From contig MGUL01000041.1 in the NCBI GenBank assembly GCA_001800005.1, forward strand, positions 31,855 to 74,297: a DNA stretch of 42,443 bases, given 5' to 3'. Position 1 is the first letter of the stretch. Each line of letters starts with the position of its first letter. Shown here one piece after another: positions 1-8,315 of this stretch. This DNA comes from Elusimicrobia bacterium RBG_16_66_12 (GTDB lineage: Bacteria; Elusimicrobiota; Elusimicrobia; UBA1565; UBA9628). The position numbers and the translations under genes are program-made. The notes under the pieces are model-generated. The model was not told where the DNA came from, ran no database searches, and was given only the letters and a program-made list of their open reading frames with translations.

Positions 1-1797
1 CGCGTCGGCGGCGTCGCGCCGCCGCAGCTCGTCGAGCAGGTCCCGCGCCCGCTCCGCGTCCTTCTTCGTCCAGGCCACGGCCGCGAGGTAATAGAGCTTG
101 CGGACGTAGATGCGGTCCTTGGGGCTCAGGCGCGAAGCTGCCGCGTAGTCGCGCCGCGCCGCGTCCAGGGCTTGCGACGCTGCCGCATCGTCCGGGTAGG
201 AACGCGCGAGCGAGAACGCCGCGAGCAGCGCACGGCCGAGTTCCCCGGACTTGCGGGCGCCTTTGAGGACCCCTTCGAGTCGAGCGCGGTGCTCTTTAGA
301 GGATCGGGCCGTCTCGATCCTCAGTATGCGCGCGGCGGCTACCGCCTGGGTGCTCGCCGCCACGGATTCGAGCCATTCCACGTCGAGCGCGGCCTCCGCG
401 TCGAGGCCGCGGGCCAGGGCCGCGCGGACATCTTCCGTACCGGCGGAGACGATCTCCGCCGAGACGGCCTTGCGGGCCTCGGGGTCGAGCTTCCCGGCGA
501 TGCGCCGCGCCAGGTCGAGAAGGTATTCGTGGTCCGGGGTCTCGTAGCGCAGAAGCATGGCGAGCATGCGGTAGGTCTCCGCCGTATCTCCGGCCATCGC
601 CTGTTTGTCGAGCTGCGCCCGCAACCGCCGGATGTCCTCGCGCCGGCTCACTTCCAGCGAGCGGCGGTGCAGTTCGCGCGCTTCCTGGTCCTCCGGCTTA
701 AGCAAAGCGGCCGAGGCCAGGCTCTCGACGGCCTCTTCATAATGCTGGTCCTTGAACAGCTCCCGGCCGCGCGCGAAGGCCTCGCCGCCGAGCGCCTCGG
801 AGCGCCCCTTGGCGCGGGCGTATTCATCGTCCTGGATCTCCGCCGCCGGCACGGCGGGCGCGCTCGCGGCCTTGAGGAAGCGGTAGGTGAGCGTGAAACG
901 GTGGTTCTTGGCGAGGGGCCGGTCCTCGAGAGCGTAGTCCACTCCGAAGCGGCCGTCGGCGGTCTTGAAGCCCACGCCGACGGCGAAGCCCTCGTCGAGA
1001 CCGAAACGCAAGGTCAGCACATCCTGCAGCGTATAGGAGGCTCCGAGACCCATGCGCAGCTCGGTCTCGCCGACGAGCTTGCTCAGGCCCACGCCCAGCA
1101 TCGCCCGGTCCTTGCGGATCGAACCCGCGGTGAGGGACACGCGCGAGAAGCCGTCGAAGGAGACGCTCACCCCGCCGCGCAGCTCGCGCGGCAGGACCTC
1201 GGGGTCTGAAGCGAGCTTGAGGCGAGGCGTCAGGAGGTTCTTGATGACCGCGCCCGCCGACCACAGGGGCCGTCCCAGCCACCACGCGTCGTCGCTCGAG
1301 GACTCGAAGCGCGCTCCCGCGTCCGCGCCGAAGCCGCGGTCCTTGTGGCCCGCGAGGTTCGAGCTGAGCATGTTGAAGGTCCCCCCCGCCGCCCAATGGT
1401 CGCCGAAATTCCTGGCGAAGCCGGCCATGTATTGGGCCTGAGAGGCCGCGACCTCGTAGCCGGGATCGTCAACGGCGGCGCGCGCCGTGATCTCGCCGCG
1501 GTAGAGCTGGAGAGCGCCCATGCCGAAGGTCCCCATGCGCGAAGGGACGGTCAAGCCGATGAAGTCGTAGCGCGCCCCGTCATAAAGGAACTGGTGCTCG
1601 CCGGTCACCGCCCCGCCCGCGCCGGCCAGGCCCGCCGGGTTCCAGTGGAGCGCGGTCGGATCTTGAATCACGGACACGGCGGCGCGGCCGAGGGCCGCGC
1701 CCTGCGCGCCGGGACTCTGGCTCATGATCGTGGGCGCGGCGTACAGCGGCAAGGCGCCGAGGTAGATCATCAAGAACTTGTAGAGGAGGCTCGTCAT
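1..1797 (-). CDS. Partial CDS (C-terminus lies beyond the left edge): signal peptide plus PorV/PorQ-like outer-membrane beta-barrel region, followed by a helical TPR-like region
   Basis: Absent from the supplied ORF track because it has no stop inside the window. Hand translation of the minus strand from ATG 1797-1795 gives MTSLLYKFLMIYLGALPLYAAPTIMSQSPGAQGAALGRAAVSVIQDPTALHWNPAGLAGAGGAVTGEHQFLYDGARYDFIGL... It stayed open in my hand translation through all 599 codons to nt 1. It is not Arg-rich like the listed shadow ORFs. The start overlaps the upstream stop (TGATG). The ALGRAA...DPTALHWNPAGLA stretch resembles the N-terminal signature I associate with PorV/PorQ-family barrels. The product call is motif-level only. 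Confidence 0.6.
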   Translation of the reverse strand, partial: MTSLLYKFLMIYLGALPLYAAPTIMSQSPGAQGAALGRAAVSVIQDPTALHWNPAGLAGAGGAVTGEHQFLYDGARYDFIGLTVPSRMGTFGMGALQLYRGEITARAAVDDPGYEVAASQAQYMAGFARNFGDHWAAGGTFNMLSSNLAGHKDRGFGADAGARFESSSDDAWWLGRPLWSAGAVIKNLLTPRLKLASDPEVLPRELRGGVSVSFDGFSRVSLTAGSIRKDRAMLGVGLSKLVGETELRMGLGASYTLQDVLTLRFGLDEGFAVGVGFKTADGRFGVDYALEDRPLAKNHRFTLTYRFLKAASAPAVPAAEIQDDEYARAKGRSEALGGEAFARGRELFKDQHYEEAVESLASAALLKPEDQEARELHRRSLEVSRREDIRRLRAQLDKQAMAGDTAETYRMLAMLLRYETPDHEYLLDLARRIAGKLDPEARKAVSAEIVSAGTEDVRAALARGLDAEAALDVEWLESVAASTQAVAAARILRIETARSSKEHRARLEGVLKGARKSGELGRALLAAFSLARSYPDDAAASQALDAARRDYAAASRLSPKDRIYVRKLYYLAAVAWTKKDAERARDLLDELRRRDAADA

Positions 1798-4325
1798 CAT
1801 TTCACCACCAGGAGGAAGAAGATCGCCGTCTCGGAAGGCCCGTCGAAGCGCACGCGGCCGACATAGCTGCCGTTCATGAGGGCGCGGCCGTGCCGGTCGC
1901 GGCCGTCGAAGCGGACCTCGCTGATGCCGGGCGGCACGCGGCCGTAGTCGCGCTCGTCGAGCGTCGTGCCGAACTCGGAGTAGATCGTGAGCACGGCGCG
2001 CTGGTAGCCGGAGGAAGGCGCATTGAAGACGACGTTCGTCCCCCCTCGGGCCGGGTTGAACGGGTTGGGGTAGTTATAGACGCGCGGGAAGCTGTCCGCC
2101 GCGGCCAAGGTGAAGAGCTGCAGCGGCGTCTGGCTGGCCGCCCCATAAGGGTTCTCGGCCGTGACCTTGAAGTAGTAGCTGCGGTAGTAGTCGAGGCCGG
2201 TGAGGCGCAGGCGCACCGTATTCCCGTCCTCCAGCGCCTCGGCCTGGGGTTTGGCCGCCAGGGCCACGACGTGCAGCGCGCTCGCGCCGGCGGCCTGCTC
2301 GACGCGGGCGACGGCCGACAGCTCAAGCGGCGAGCCGCCCAGGTAGGCCGTGTAGGAGATGGGATCGCCCTGCGGGTTCGTCACGCGCTCCCAGGAGACC
2401 TCGACGCCGTCGCGCATGGTCTTGACCGTCGGCGCCGCCATGAAGGGCGCGCTCAGGCGCAGGGGGTCGGGCGGGTCGTTAAGGAAGGTCGCGGTGAAGG
2501 TCCGGGTCCCCGCGTCGGACACGCCGCCCACTCCGTCGACTGCGACGACGCGCCAGTAGAGGGTCGTGCCGTAGCTGAGGTCGAGCGGGTAGGAGGTGAA
2601 CACGCCTTCTTGGACCAACGCCGGGGCGGCGGGATCGGTCGAGAAATAGAGCCGGTAGCTCACCGGGTCCTCATCGGCATCCTCCGATTCGAGCCAGCGG
2701 AGGTCATAGCGGCTCGCGCGCGTCGAGATCGCGCCGGTCGAGAGATAGAGCGGCATAGTGGGCGGCGTGTTGCGAAACAGCGGGGCGTAGCTCTGCTCAG
2801 CGCCGCCGTCCATGAGGCTCTCGGCTTGATAGTCGTCCCGGGCGCGGACCGACCAATAATAGGTCGAACCGAAGGCGAGGCCGGCCACGGTCATGGCGTA
2901 CGCTGTCGTGGTCGCGATCGCGGGCTGGGCCTGATCGTGGCGCCGCCAAGACACTTCGTAGACCGGCACATCGCCGTCCGGGTCCGTCGCCCGGGTCCAG
3001 GAGAGGACCACGGAGGCGTCTCGCGTCACCACGGTACCCGTGCCTTTCAAGACGGTGAACGGTCCGGGCGGGGCATTCGTGAGCCCGAGGACGAAGTTCT
3101 CGACCGAGGAGGCGCGGCTCTGAAGAGGCAGTCCTAGATACGAGTCCCGCGCGGTCACGCGCCAGTAGTAGGTCGTGCCGAAGGCGAGCGGCGCCGTCAC
3201 GAAGTCCGGAGTCTCGGAGGTCCCCATGCTGCGGAGCACGAAGGGCACGGTGCCGAGCTCAAGAGTGTAAAGGAGCGGGTCGCCCTCGTTGTCCGAGGAA
3301 GACTGCCAGCGCAGCCACGCCGCCGAGGAGTGCTGGACCACCAGCCCCAATGGCGCGGACGGCACCGGAGCGGTGGGCGCCTCGTTGAGGACGAGCCGGC
3401 GAAGAGGCGCTCGACCGGCGGAGCTGAGATAAAGGATGCGCCCGTCCCATGCGGAGCCGATCGCGGAATCCGCCGTGGTCGCTGCCTGGAGGCCGCCGTC
3501 CGAAGTGACCTTGACCACGCTCTGGGGGCAGCCGCCGGGGCCGCAAACCTGCTGGCTCAGATACAGCGAGGAGTCGGCGTCCAGCCACGCTCCTCTCGGG
3601 TTCACAAAACCGCCGAAGCGCGAGGCGGGAGTCTCGCTCTCCAGCGTTCCTGCATCGGAGTAGCGCAGGACCTGCTGGCAGGAAACATCGACCACGACGA
3701 GCTCGCGCTGGACGCCGACCGCGATCTTCGAGGGCGTATAGCAGCTGGTCGGGGTGGCGCTTATGCCGGGCAGTTCGACTTGGCTCAGCAAGCTGCCCGA
3801 GAAATCGTAGGCATTGACGTACCCCTTGATCCCGCTTGCGGGACAGGGACAGCCCAAGCATTGGACGCAGTAGTAGCTCTTCTGATTCTGGAAGCTCAGG
3901 TGGAGACGGGCTCCGATCTTGTCGATGGCTGCCGAGAGCAGGCTCGTCGTGCTGATATAGGGCCCCAAAGAGTACGTGGACCGGCCGAGGAAGTAGCCGG
4001 TATTGAGGAAGCGCTTGAGCGTGATGCCGTCGCCCCCCTCCAGGACATCCACGACGCCCGAGGGCTCCACGGCGAAGGCCAGCGGCGCGCGAACACCCGC
4101 GTCGAAGCTGAACAGCGCTTCGAGACTCGGCGTCCGGAAGGCCGTCACCGAATAGCTCGTCGCTCCAGGGGCCAGCATGAGGGCGTAGAGATTGCCCACC
4201 GAGTCGCGGTCGAGGCCGGCGATGGTGGAGCCGGCCACGCTGAAGGTCGCCTGTTCCACGTACGAGGCCGCGTAAGCGGGCCGCGCCGCGGCGAGCAGCG
4301 CCAGGATCATCAAGGTCGGCTTCAT
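1797..4325 (-). CDS. Secreted multidomain protein: N-terminal beta-propeller-like region, several fibronectin type III-like repeats, and a C-terminal FlgD-Ig / T9SS-type sorting-like domain
   Basis: I trimmed ORF 1797..4472. ATG 4325-4323 is preceded by AGGAGAGGAA (reverse complement of 4331-4340) and opens a signal peptide, MKPTLMILALLAAARPAYA. The upstream 49 codons are Arg-rich and overlap the preceding gene. Repeated FN3-like strand motifs are YYWRVTARD, YYWSVRARD, LYWRVVAVD and YYFKVTAENPYG. The C-terminus reads YNYPNPFNPARGGTNVVF...IYSEFG...RFDGRDRHGRALMNGSYVGRV...FFLLVVK, typical of FlgD-Ig/T9SS C-terminal domains. Confidence 0.85.
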   Translation of the reverse strand: MKPTLMILALLAAARPAYAASYVEQATFSVAGSTIAGLDRDSVGNLYALMLAPGATSYSVTAFRTPSLEALFSFDAGVRAPLAFAVEPSGVVDVLEGGDGITLKRFLNTGYFLGRSTYSLGPYISTTSLLSAAIDKIGARLHLSFQNQKSYYCVQCLGCPCPASGIKGYVNAYDFSGSLLSQVELPGISATPTSCYTPSKIAVGVQRELVVVDVSCQQVLRYSDAGTLESETPASRFGGFVNPRGAWLDADSSLYLSQQVCGPGGCPQSVVKVTSDGGLQAATTADSAIGSAWDGRILYLSSAGRAPLRRLVLNEAPTAPVPSAPLGLVVQHSSAAWLRWQSSSDNEGDPLLYTLELGTVPFVLRSMGTSETPDFVTAPLAFGTTYYWRVTARDSYLGLPLQSRASSVENFVLGLTNAPPGPFTVLKGTGTVVTRDASVVLSWTRATDPDGDVPVYEVSWRRHDQAQPAIATTTAYAMTVAGLAFGSTYYWSVRARDDYQAESLMDGGAEQSYAPLFRNTPPTMPLYLSTGAISTRASRYDLRWLESEDADEDPVSYRLYFSTDPAAPALVQEGVFTSYPLDLSYGTTLYWRVVAVDGVGGVSDAGTRTFTATFLNDPPDPLRLSAPFMAAPTVKTMRDGVEVSWERVTNPQGDPISYTAYLGGSPLELSAVARVEQAAGASALHVVALAAKPQAEALEDGNTVRLRLTGLDYYRSYYFKVTAENPYGAASQTPLQLFTLAAADSFPRVYNYPNPFNPARGGTNVVFNAPSSGYQRAVLTIYSEFGTTLDERDYGRVPPGISEVRFDGRDRHGRALMNGSYVGRVRFDGPSETAIFFLLVVK

Positions 4326-6067
4326 TTCGTTTCCTCTCCTGTAGCGGTCAGCTTCTTCGTGAAGTTCTTGACGGCGGACCGCAGGTCGAGCGGCTCCTCG
4401 CCGACGACCGCCAGCTCCGGCAGGGCGACGTCCTTGATCAGCCCGTGGACGCGAGCCGTGCGGATCAGGCACGTCTCGCGGCCCGGGGCCACCACGAGCG
4501 CCACGCCCGGCGGCAGGCTCTTGATCCTGTTGGGGTGGATCTTGAACTGCTCCACCTCGCGGCGCGACCGATCACCCGTGTGCTCGTCGCCGAGCAGGCC
4601 GCTCTTCACTCGCTCCGTGTCGCTGACGGACGACTCGGTGCCCAAGGTCGCGGCCCAAAACTCCGCGTCCTCCGGGTCCGGCGCGCGGAAGCACACCTTG
4701 CAGCCGGAGGTGTTGTTGAAGACGACGGAGTTGAAGGCGTCCGCGTCCATCCCCTGGATGCGCTTGAGCTGGCCCAAATCCTGGTGCGAGAGAATCGTGC
4801 GCATCTTGGCCGAGCCCACGGTCGCCACGAAGGAGGCGAAGACCGGCGTCGCGAACTCGGCGAACTCATCCATGATCACGGTCGCCGGCTTGGGCTTGAT
4901 CGCGGCGCGCTGACGCGAGGCCGCGACCGACAAGAGCCCCGAGATCACCATGCGGCCGAGCGGGTTGGCGAGGACCTGGAGATGCCCCACGGGGACGGCG
5001 AAATAGACGGCCTGGCCGCGCGCGAACGCCTCCTCCAAGCGGATCTGCGGCGCGTAGCTGTTGAGGAGCGCGCCCAAAGTCCCCGTCGTCCACGGGCGCA
5101 GCGCCGAGGTAAGCGAGCTCGTGTCCTCGTTGGACTTGAACTCCGAGTTGGCCAAGTCGGAGAGCTTGGTGTCCCCGCACAGCTCGAACGCCTTCTTGCG
5201 CGCCTCCTCGAAGGCGAAGTAGTCGTAGCAGTCGCGCAGGGTGAACGCGCGGCCGGTCGCGCAGAAGACCTCGGCCATGCTCTGGATCTTGGCGTAGTCC
5301 ACTCCGCGGTAGTAGTCCTGCCCCTCTCCGGAGGAGGTGGGTTCGCGGCCGATGGCCCGCGCGACCTGGTTGGCGAGCGCCGTCGGGTCCTGCCCCGATA
5401 CGGGACGGATGGGGTTGAAGGTCATCGAGCGCGAGTCTTGGGGATTGAAGTAGCGCACGTCCCCCACCCGCCCGGCGCGGCCCGCCGTCTTGAGGAACTG
5501 GTCGAAGTCTCCGCGGTCGCCCTTGGCTTCCATAAAGAAGACCGGGAAGCCGTCGGCCATGTCCTGGGCCGCGAGCGCGAGCAGGAGCTGAGACTTGCCC
5601 GAGCGGGTAGGCCCCACGATCTGCATGTGCCCCTCGCGCTCGACCGGCAGGACGGACACGGCCCGGCCGGTCCGCGTGACGCCGAGGAAGGTCCCGGCCG
5701 CGGGCGTACGGTCCTTCAGCGCGCTCGCGAGCTTCTTGTCCACGGTCTTTCCATCCTCCGGGATATCCCGCTCTGCGGGGGATTTCCCAGCTTTGAGGCG
5801 CGCCGCGCCGAACCCCGCGGCCGCGCCGAACAGCACGGAGGACACGCACCACGCCAGGACTACCCGCTCGCGGCGCGGGAAGAACCACGCCGCGAAGTCG
5901 CGGTTTTCACGGGCCAACTGGAAGACCGCCGGCCAGGGCATAAGGATCAGGAACGCCGCGACCGCGAGCCCCGAGAAGGTCCCACCGAGGACCTTATAGT
6001 CGGCCTTCAGCAGGCCGAAGCCGGCCAACAGAAGCGACAGGACGACGAGGAAGGAGAGGACGCTCAT
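4322..6067 (-). CDS. Type IV secretion coupling protein-like ATPase (TraD/VirD4/TraG family, N-terminal membrane anchor)
   Basis: The N-terminal hydrophobic helices begin MSVLSFLVVLSLLLAGFGLL. Walker A is MQIVGPTRSGKSQLLLALA. Walker B region is ATVIMDEFAEFATP, followed by RTILSHQDLGQLKRI, as in the TraG/TraD C-terminal domain. There are ATGA overlaps at both ends (6064-6067 and 4322-4325). Confidence 0.8.
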   Translation of the reverse strand: MSVLSFLVVLSLLLAGFGLLKADYKVLGGTFSGLAVAAFLILMPWPAVFQLARENRDFAAWFFPRRERVVLAWCVSSVLFGAAAGFGAARLKAGKSPAERDIPEDGKTVDKKLASALKDRTPAAGTFLGVTRTGRAVSVLPVEREGHMQIVGPTRSGKSQLLLALAAQDMADGFPVFFMEAKGDRGDFDQFLKTAGRAGRVGDVRYFNPQDSRSMTFNPIRPVSGQDPTALANQVARAIGREPTSSGEGQDYYRGVDYAKIQSMAEVFCATGRAFTLRDCYDYFAFEEARKKAFELCGDTKLSDLANSEFKSNEDTSSLTSALRPWTTGTLGALLNSYAPQIRLEEAFARGQAVYFAVPVGHLQVLANPLGRMVISGLLSVAASRQRAAIKPKPATVIMDEFAEFATPVFASFVATVGSAKMRTILSHQDLGQLKRIQGMDADAFNSVVFNNTSGCKVCFRAPDPEDAEFWAATLGTESSVSDTERVKSGLLGDEHTGDRSRREVEQFKIHPNRIKSLPPGVALVVAPGRETCLIRTARVHGLIKDVALPELAVVGEEPLDLRSAVKNFTKKLTATGEETK

Positions 6068-6891
6068 CGCGCGGCCAACGCCTCCCGCGCGCCGCGCGGC
6101 GCCAGGATGATCGGACCGTCCTCGACCGTCGCGCTCTCAAAGGGAGCGCGCCCCGCGCTGCCGCGGAAATCCGCCAAGGAACAGGCGTAGATGAACGGCG
6201 CACGGAAGGTCTGGGCGTGCGTCAGGATGCAGCGCACGCCCGAGGGCCAAGCCGTCAGATAGAGGACCGCGCCGCCGTCCGGCATCCTGCGCCGGTAGGC
6301 CTCGAAGATCTCCTCGTAGCGCTTCTCGGACTTCTGGTGCATCTCTACCTCGATCGCCTTCGGCTGGACGTGGTCCACGATCCAGAGGTCCGAGATGCCT
6401 CGCTCCGGCGAGGGACCGCGGCCGCCGCGGCTGCTCCACTGGAAGCGCTCGCGCTCGGTGCGGACCGTCAGATTCAGCAGCTCCGTCATGACGAGCCCCG
6501 TTGCGGCGACGGTCAGCTCATGGTCCACCAGCGACTCCTCGATGGAGTCCCGATAGCCCGGCATCCGGGCCAAGCCCCGTCTCTTGAGGAGCGCGTGGCC
6601 CTTCTCCGCGAGCGTGAACAGCTTGTGGTGGTTGATGAAGAAGTGTCCTCGAATGAGCCCCGCGGCCTCCAGCTTGCACAGCCTCTTGAAGAGTCGAGAG
6701 ATGTAGACTTCGCGGCCCGTCGCGTTGAAAAAGAGCCGGGTCCTCTCCTCGTCCGAGACCGTCCCGGCCGCGAGCCCATGCAGCTGTCCCATGCCGAGGA
6801 CGCCCCATGTCTCCAGCGCCCCCAAGACCCTCAGGTCCCTCGGCGTCAGTGGAATTTCCTTCGATTTGCCGTCCGCGTTCTGTCCGTTCAT
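6064..6891 (-). CDS. Replication-relaxation (Replic_Relax) family-like protein with an N-terminal winged HTH
   Basis: The N-terminus LTPRDLRVLGALETWGVLGMGQLHGL...RLFKRLCKLEAAGLIRG...FTLAEKGHALL has the wHTH pattern of replication-relaxation proteins. It is followed by VDHELTVAATGLVM. The start is ATG at 6891-6889. The gene sits directly upstream of, and is ATGA-coupled to, a T4CP-like gene, which is the usual partner of this family. Confidence 0.6.
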   Translation of the reverse strand: MNGQNADGKSKEIPLTPRDLRVLGALETWGVLGMGQLHGLAAGTVSDEERTRLFFNATGREVYISRLFKRLCKLEAAGLIRGHFFINHHKLFTLAEKGHALLKRRGLARMPGYRDSIEESLVDHELTVAATGLVMTELLNLTVRTERERFQWSSRGGRGPSPERGISDLWIVDHVQPKAIEVEMHQKSEKRYEEIFEAYRRRMPDGGAVLYLTAWPSGVRCILTHAQTFRAPFIYACSLADFRGSAGRAPFESATVEDGPIILAPRGAREALAAR

Positions 6892-7058
6892 CTGTTTCTT
6901 TGCCTTCAGTTTTCCCGTTCCTTGTGTTCAGTTCTTTCCGTCTTTTCCCTTCTGTTTTTCCGTTCCGTTCTCTTTTGTTTTTTCGTTTCTGTTGTTGTTG
7001 CTGTTTTCTTTTTTTCTTACTTTCACTCACCTCAGTTTTTGCTATCTCTGCCTGCCAT
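6892..7058. repeat. Strand-asymmetric, A-poor, T/C-rich low-complexity tract (purine-rich on the coding minus strand) containing two imperfect 20-bp direct repeats
   Basis: By eye the plus strand carries only a handful of A residues across ~165 nt and is far more A+T-rich than the surrounding DNA. The direct repeats are gccttcagttttcccgttcc (6902-6921) and cccttctgtttttccgttcc (6947-6966), matching at 17 of 20 positions and 45 bp apart. The tract lies immediately upstream of the replication-relaxation gene start (6891). Confidence 0.75.
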
Positions 7059-7111
7059 CCTCCCGACCACTCAATCTCAACCCTTATGGTTGGGAGTGAG
7101 TGGTCGGGAGG
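7059..7111. repeat. 53-nt near-perfect hairpin / inverted repeat (oriT- or operator-like)
   Basis: The outer arms cctcccgaccactca (7059-7073) and tgagtggtcgggagg (7097-7111) are perfect 15-nt reverse complements. The inner arms tctcaacc (7075-7082) and ggttggga (7088-7095) pair with one wobble around a 5-nt loop. Confidence 0.85.
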
Positions 7112-7114
7112 CGA

Positions 7115-7229
7115 AATCGGCGCAGCCGATTGAGAGGCAGGCGCTTTCTCCTGCAAAAACCGTCCGATTTCGGCACACCACTTCACGACACCCCTGTCTG
7201 CTACGGCAGACACCCGAGCAGACACCCGG
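7115..7229. repeat. Cluster of small palindromes and a tandem 12-mer
   Basis: aatcggc-gca-gccgatt lies at 7115-7131 and tgtctgc-tacg-gcagaca at 7195-7212. A tandem direct repeat reads gcagacacccga / gcagacacccgg (7206-7217 and 7218-7229). All sit between the RHH gene stop (7235) and the long hairpin. Confidence 0.7.
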
Positions 7230-7234
7230 TTCGA

Positions 7235-7453
7235 TTATTCTCCGGCGCTGAGGCTCTTGGCGTAGTGCTGGATCGCCTCCGAGATCAGCCGGTCGCGAGG
7301 CACGTCCTCGCCCGTCTGTCGCATCCGTTTCATGCCCGCCTTGGCGAGGTTATCGTGGTCCGCCACCGGCAGGTTCACCGTGATCGCCACCGTCTTCGGC
7401 GGCCGTCCGCCGCGCGCGACCGCTCCGGCTTCCGTGGGCTCGTCCATGCTCAT
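7235..7453 (-). CDS. Small ribbon-helix-helix (CopG/MetJ-like) DNA-binding protein
   Basis: I trimmed ORF 7235..7486 to ATG 7453-7451, which is preceded by AGGAGAT. The sequence RPPKTVAITVNLPVADHDNLAKAGMKR fits the beta-strand-helix pattern of RHH proteins. Its position next to the hairpin cluster fits an accessory or repressor role. Confidence 0.55.
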   Translation of the reverse strand: MSMDEPTEAGAVARGGRPPKTVAITVNLPVADHDNLAKAGMKRMRQTGEDVPRDRLISEAIQHYAKSLSAGE

Positions 7454-7586
7454 ATCTCCTTGCTCGCTCTCGATCTCAACGGCCAAACATGCGGGGCAGG
7501 TGGGGAAGCTTGCTCCCCCGTTTGGTTCGGACTGGCTACCCGACTGCCCGCAAATCGACCCGGCACTTACCTATCCCACGAGCCGG

Positions 7587-8315
7587 TCAATTCCGCACAT
7601 TTCCAGACAGCTGCGCGGCCCAATCCCGCCGCTTGATGTAGCGCCAGCGCGGGTCCTCTTTGGCCGCCGCCACCAGCCGCCGACGGGTAGTTTCTTCCTC
7701 GCGGGCGATCAGGAGTTCGAGCGGGTCCTGGTCTTCGAGCCGATGGGAGATGGGCTCGAACGACGGAGCTTCCCCTTCGCCGCCTTCCATGTCCGTGCTT
7801 CCGAAGGTCGGCGTAAAGGCCTCGTCCAACGGCACGCACTTGCCTTGCCGGTAGGACCGCCGGGCCAGATAGTTGCGGCCGTTGGCGACCAAAGCGGCGA
7901 AGAAGCCCGCGAGGGTAATGCTCCCCTCAAGGAGCTCCCGGTAAGTGTCGGAGGCGACGATCTCGGCCGCCGCGGAGTCGCCGGTGATGACCCGCGAGAA
8001 TCGCACGATCTCGCGGTGCTTGGCCTTGTAGAAAGCCTCGGCTTCCTGGTAGCGGCGCAGGCGATCCTGTCGCGCCTGGCGGACGACCCGGGCCAGGAAC
8101 TTCGGGGCATGCTCCTCCCAGTGGTTCAGCCCGCGGAACTCGCGCGCCAGCTTCTCGACCCGCTGCTGCGAGAGCAGCTCATGGACGACCTTTTCCGGAT
8201 CGAGGCTGGGTTTGAGGCGGACCCGGAGCGTCGCGGCGCGGTGGGCGAGCTCGACGTCCCGGCCGATTGAATCAACGGCGGAGGCAACGGCGACGGCATT
8301 GTGCGTGTGGGCCAT
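7587..8315 (-). CDS. Hypothetical protein (242 aa), no confident domain
   Basis: ATG at 8315-8313 has GAAGGGA upstream. The composition is protein-like (helical, charged). The opposite-strand ORF 7332..8270 is Arg/Gly/Pro-rich and looks spurious. Confidence 0.55.
   Translation of the reverse strand: MAHTHNAVAVASAVDSIGRDVELAHRAATLRVRLKPSLDPEKVVHELLSQQRVEKLAREFRGLNHWEEHAPKFLARVVRQARQDRLRRYQEAEAFYKAKHREIVRFSRVITGDSAAAEIVASDTYRELLEGSITLAGFFAALVANGRNYLARRSYRQGKCVPLDEAFTPTFGSTDMEGGEGEAPSFEPISHRLEDQDPLELLIAREEETTRRRLVAAAKEDPRWRYIKRRDWAAQLSGNVRN

Larger units (their letters stand above)
4322..7453 (-). mobile_element. Candidate remnant of a mobilisation/conjugation module (RHH protein, oriT-like hairpins, replication-relaxation protein, coupling protein)
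   Basis: The call rests on gene content and order only. No integrase, relaxase of a classical MOB family, or mating-pair-formation genes are visible, so whether this is an active element cannot be judged. Confidence 0.35.

Noticed and set aside
172-1209. 345-aa plus-strand ORF, with neighbouring ORFs at 251..547, 824..1396, 1052..1441, 1230..1472 and 1345..1866
   Set aside because: These ORFs are Arg/Gly/Ala/Pro-rich and have no motifs. They lie antisense to or out of frame with the hand-translated minus-strand CDS 1..1797, which has a signal peptide and protein-like composition. They are typical shadow ORFs of high-G+C DNA.
4326-4472. 49-codon N-terminal extension of the FN3 protein ORF (track start 4472)
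   Set aside because: The extension is Arg-rich and lies inside the T4CP-like gene. The internal ATG 4325 has a strong AGGAGAGGAA site and opens a clean signal peptide.
4445-6190. 581-aa plus-strand ORF mirroring the T4CP-like gene
   Set aside because: This is an antisense shadow ORF. It is Arg/Gly/Glu/Leu-rich (R most frequent) and lacks any NTPase or other motif, whereas the minus-strand frame has Walker A/B and TM helices.
6518-7225. 235-aa minus-strand ORF running through the purine-rich tract (KKKRKQQQQQKRKNKRERNGKTEGKRRKE...)
   Set aside because: Its low-complexity translation is produced by the homopurine tract. It is out of frame with the replication-relaxation gene and overlaps it. 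The plus-strand ORFs 6725..7099 and 6807..7133 (poly-Phe/Ser/Leu) are the mirror artefact.
7332-8270. 312-aa plus-strand ORF opposite the 242-aa hypothetical gene; likewise 8467..9153 (+) opposite 8545..8961 (-)
   Set aside because: Their composition (Arg/Pro/Gly/Ala runs) and lack of a ribosome-binding site argue against them. The minus-strand alternatives have ATG starts with GA-rich sites. Confidence in the minus-strand genes themselves is only moderate.
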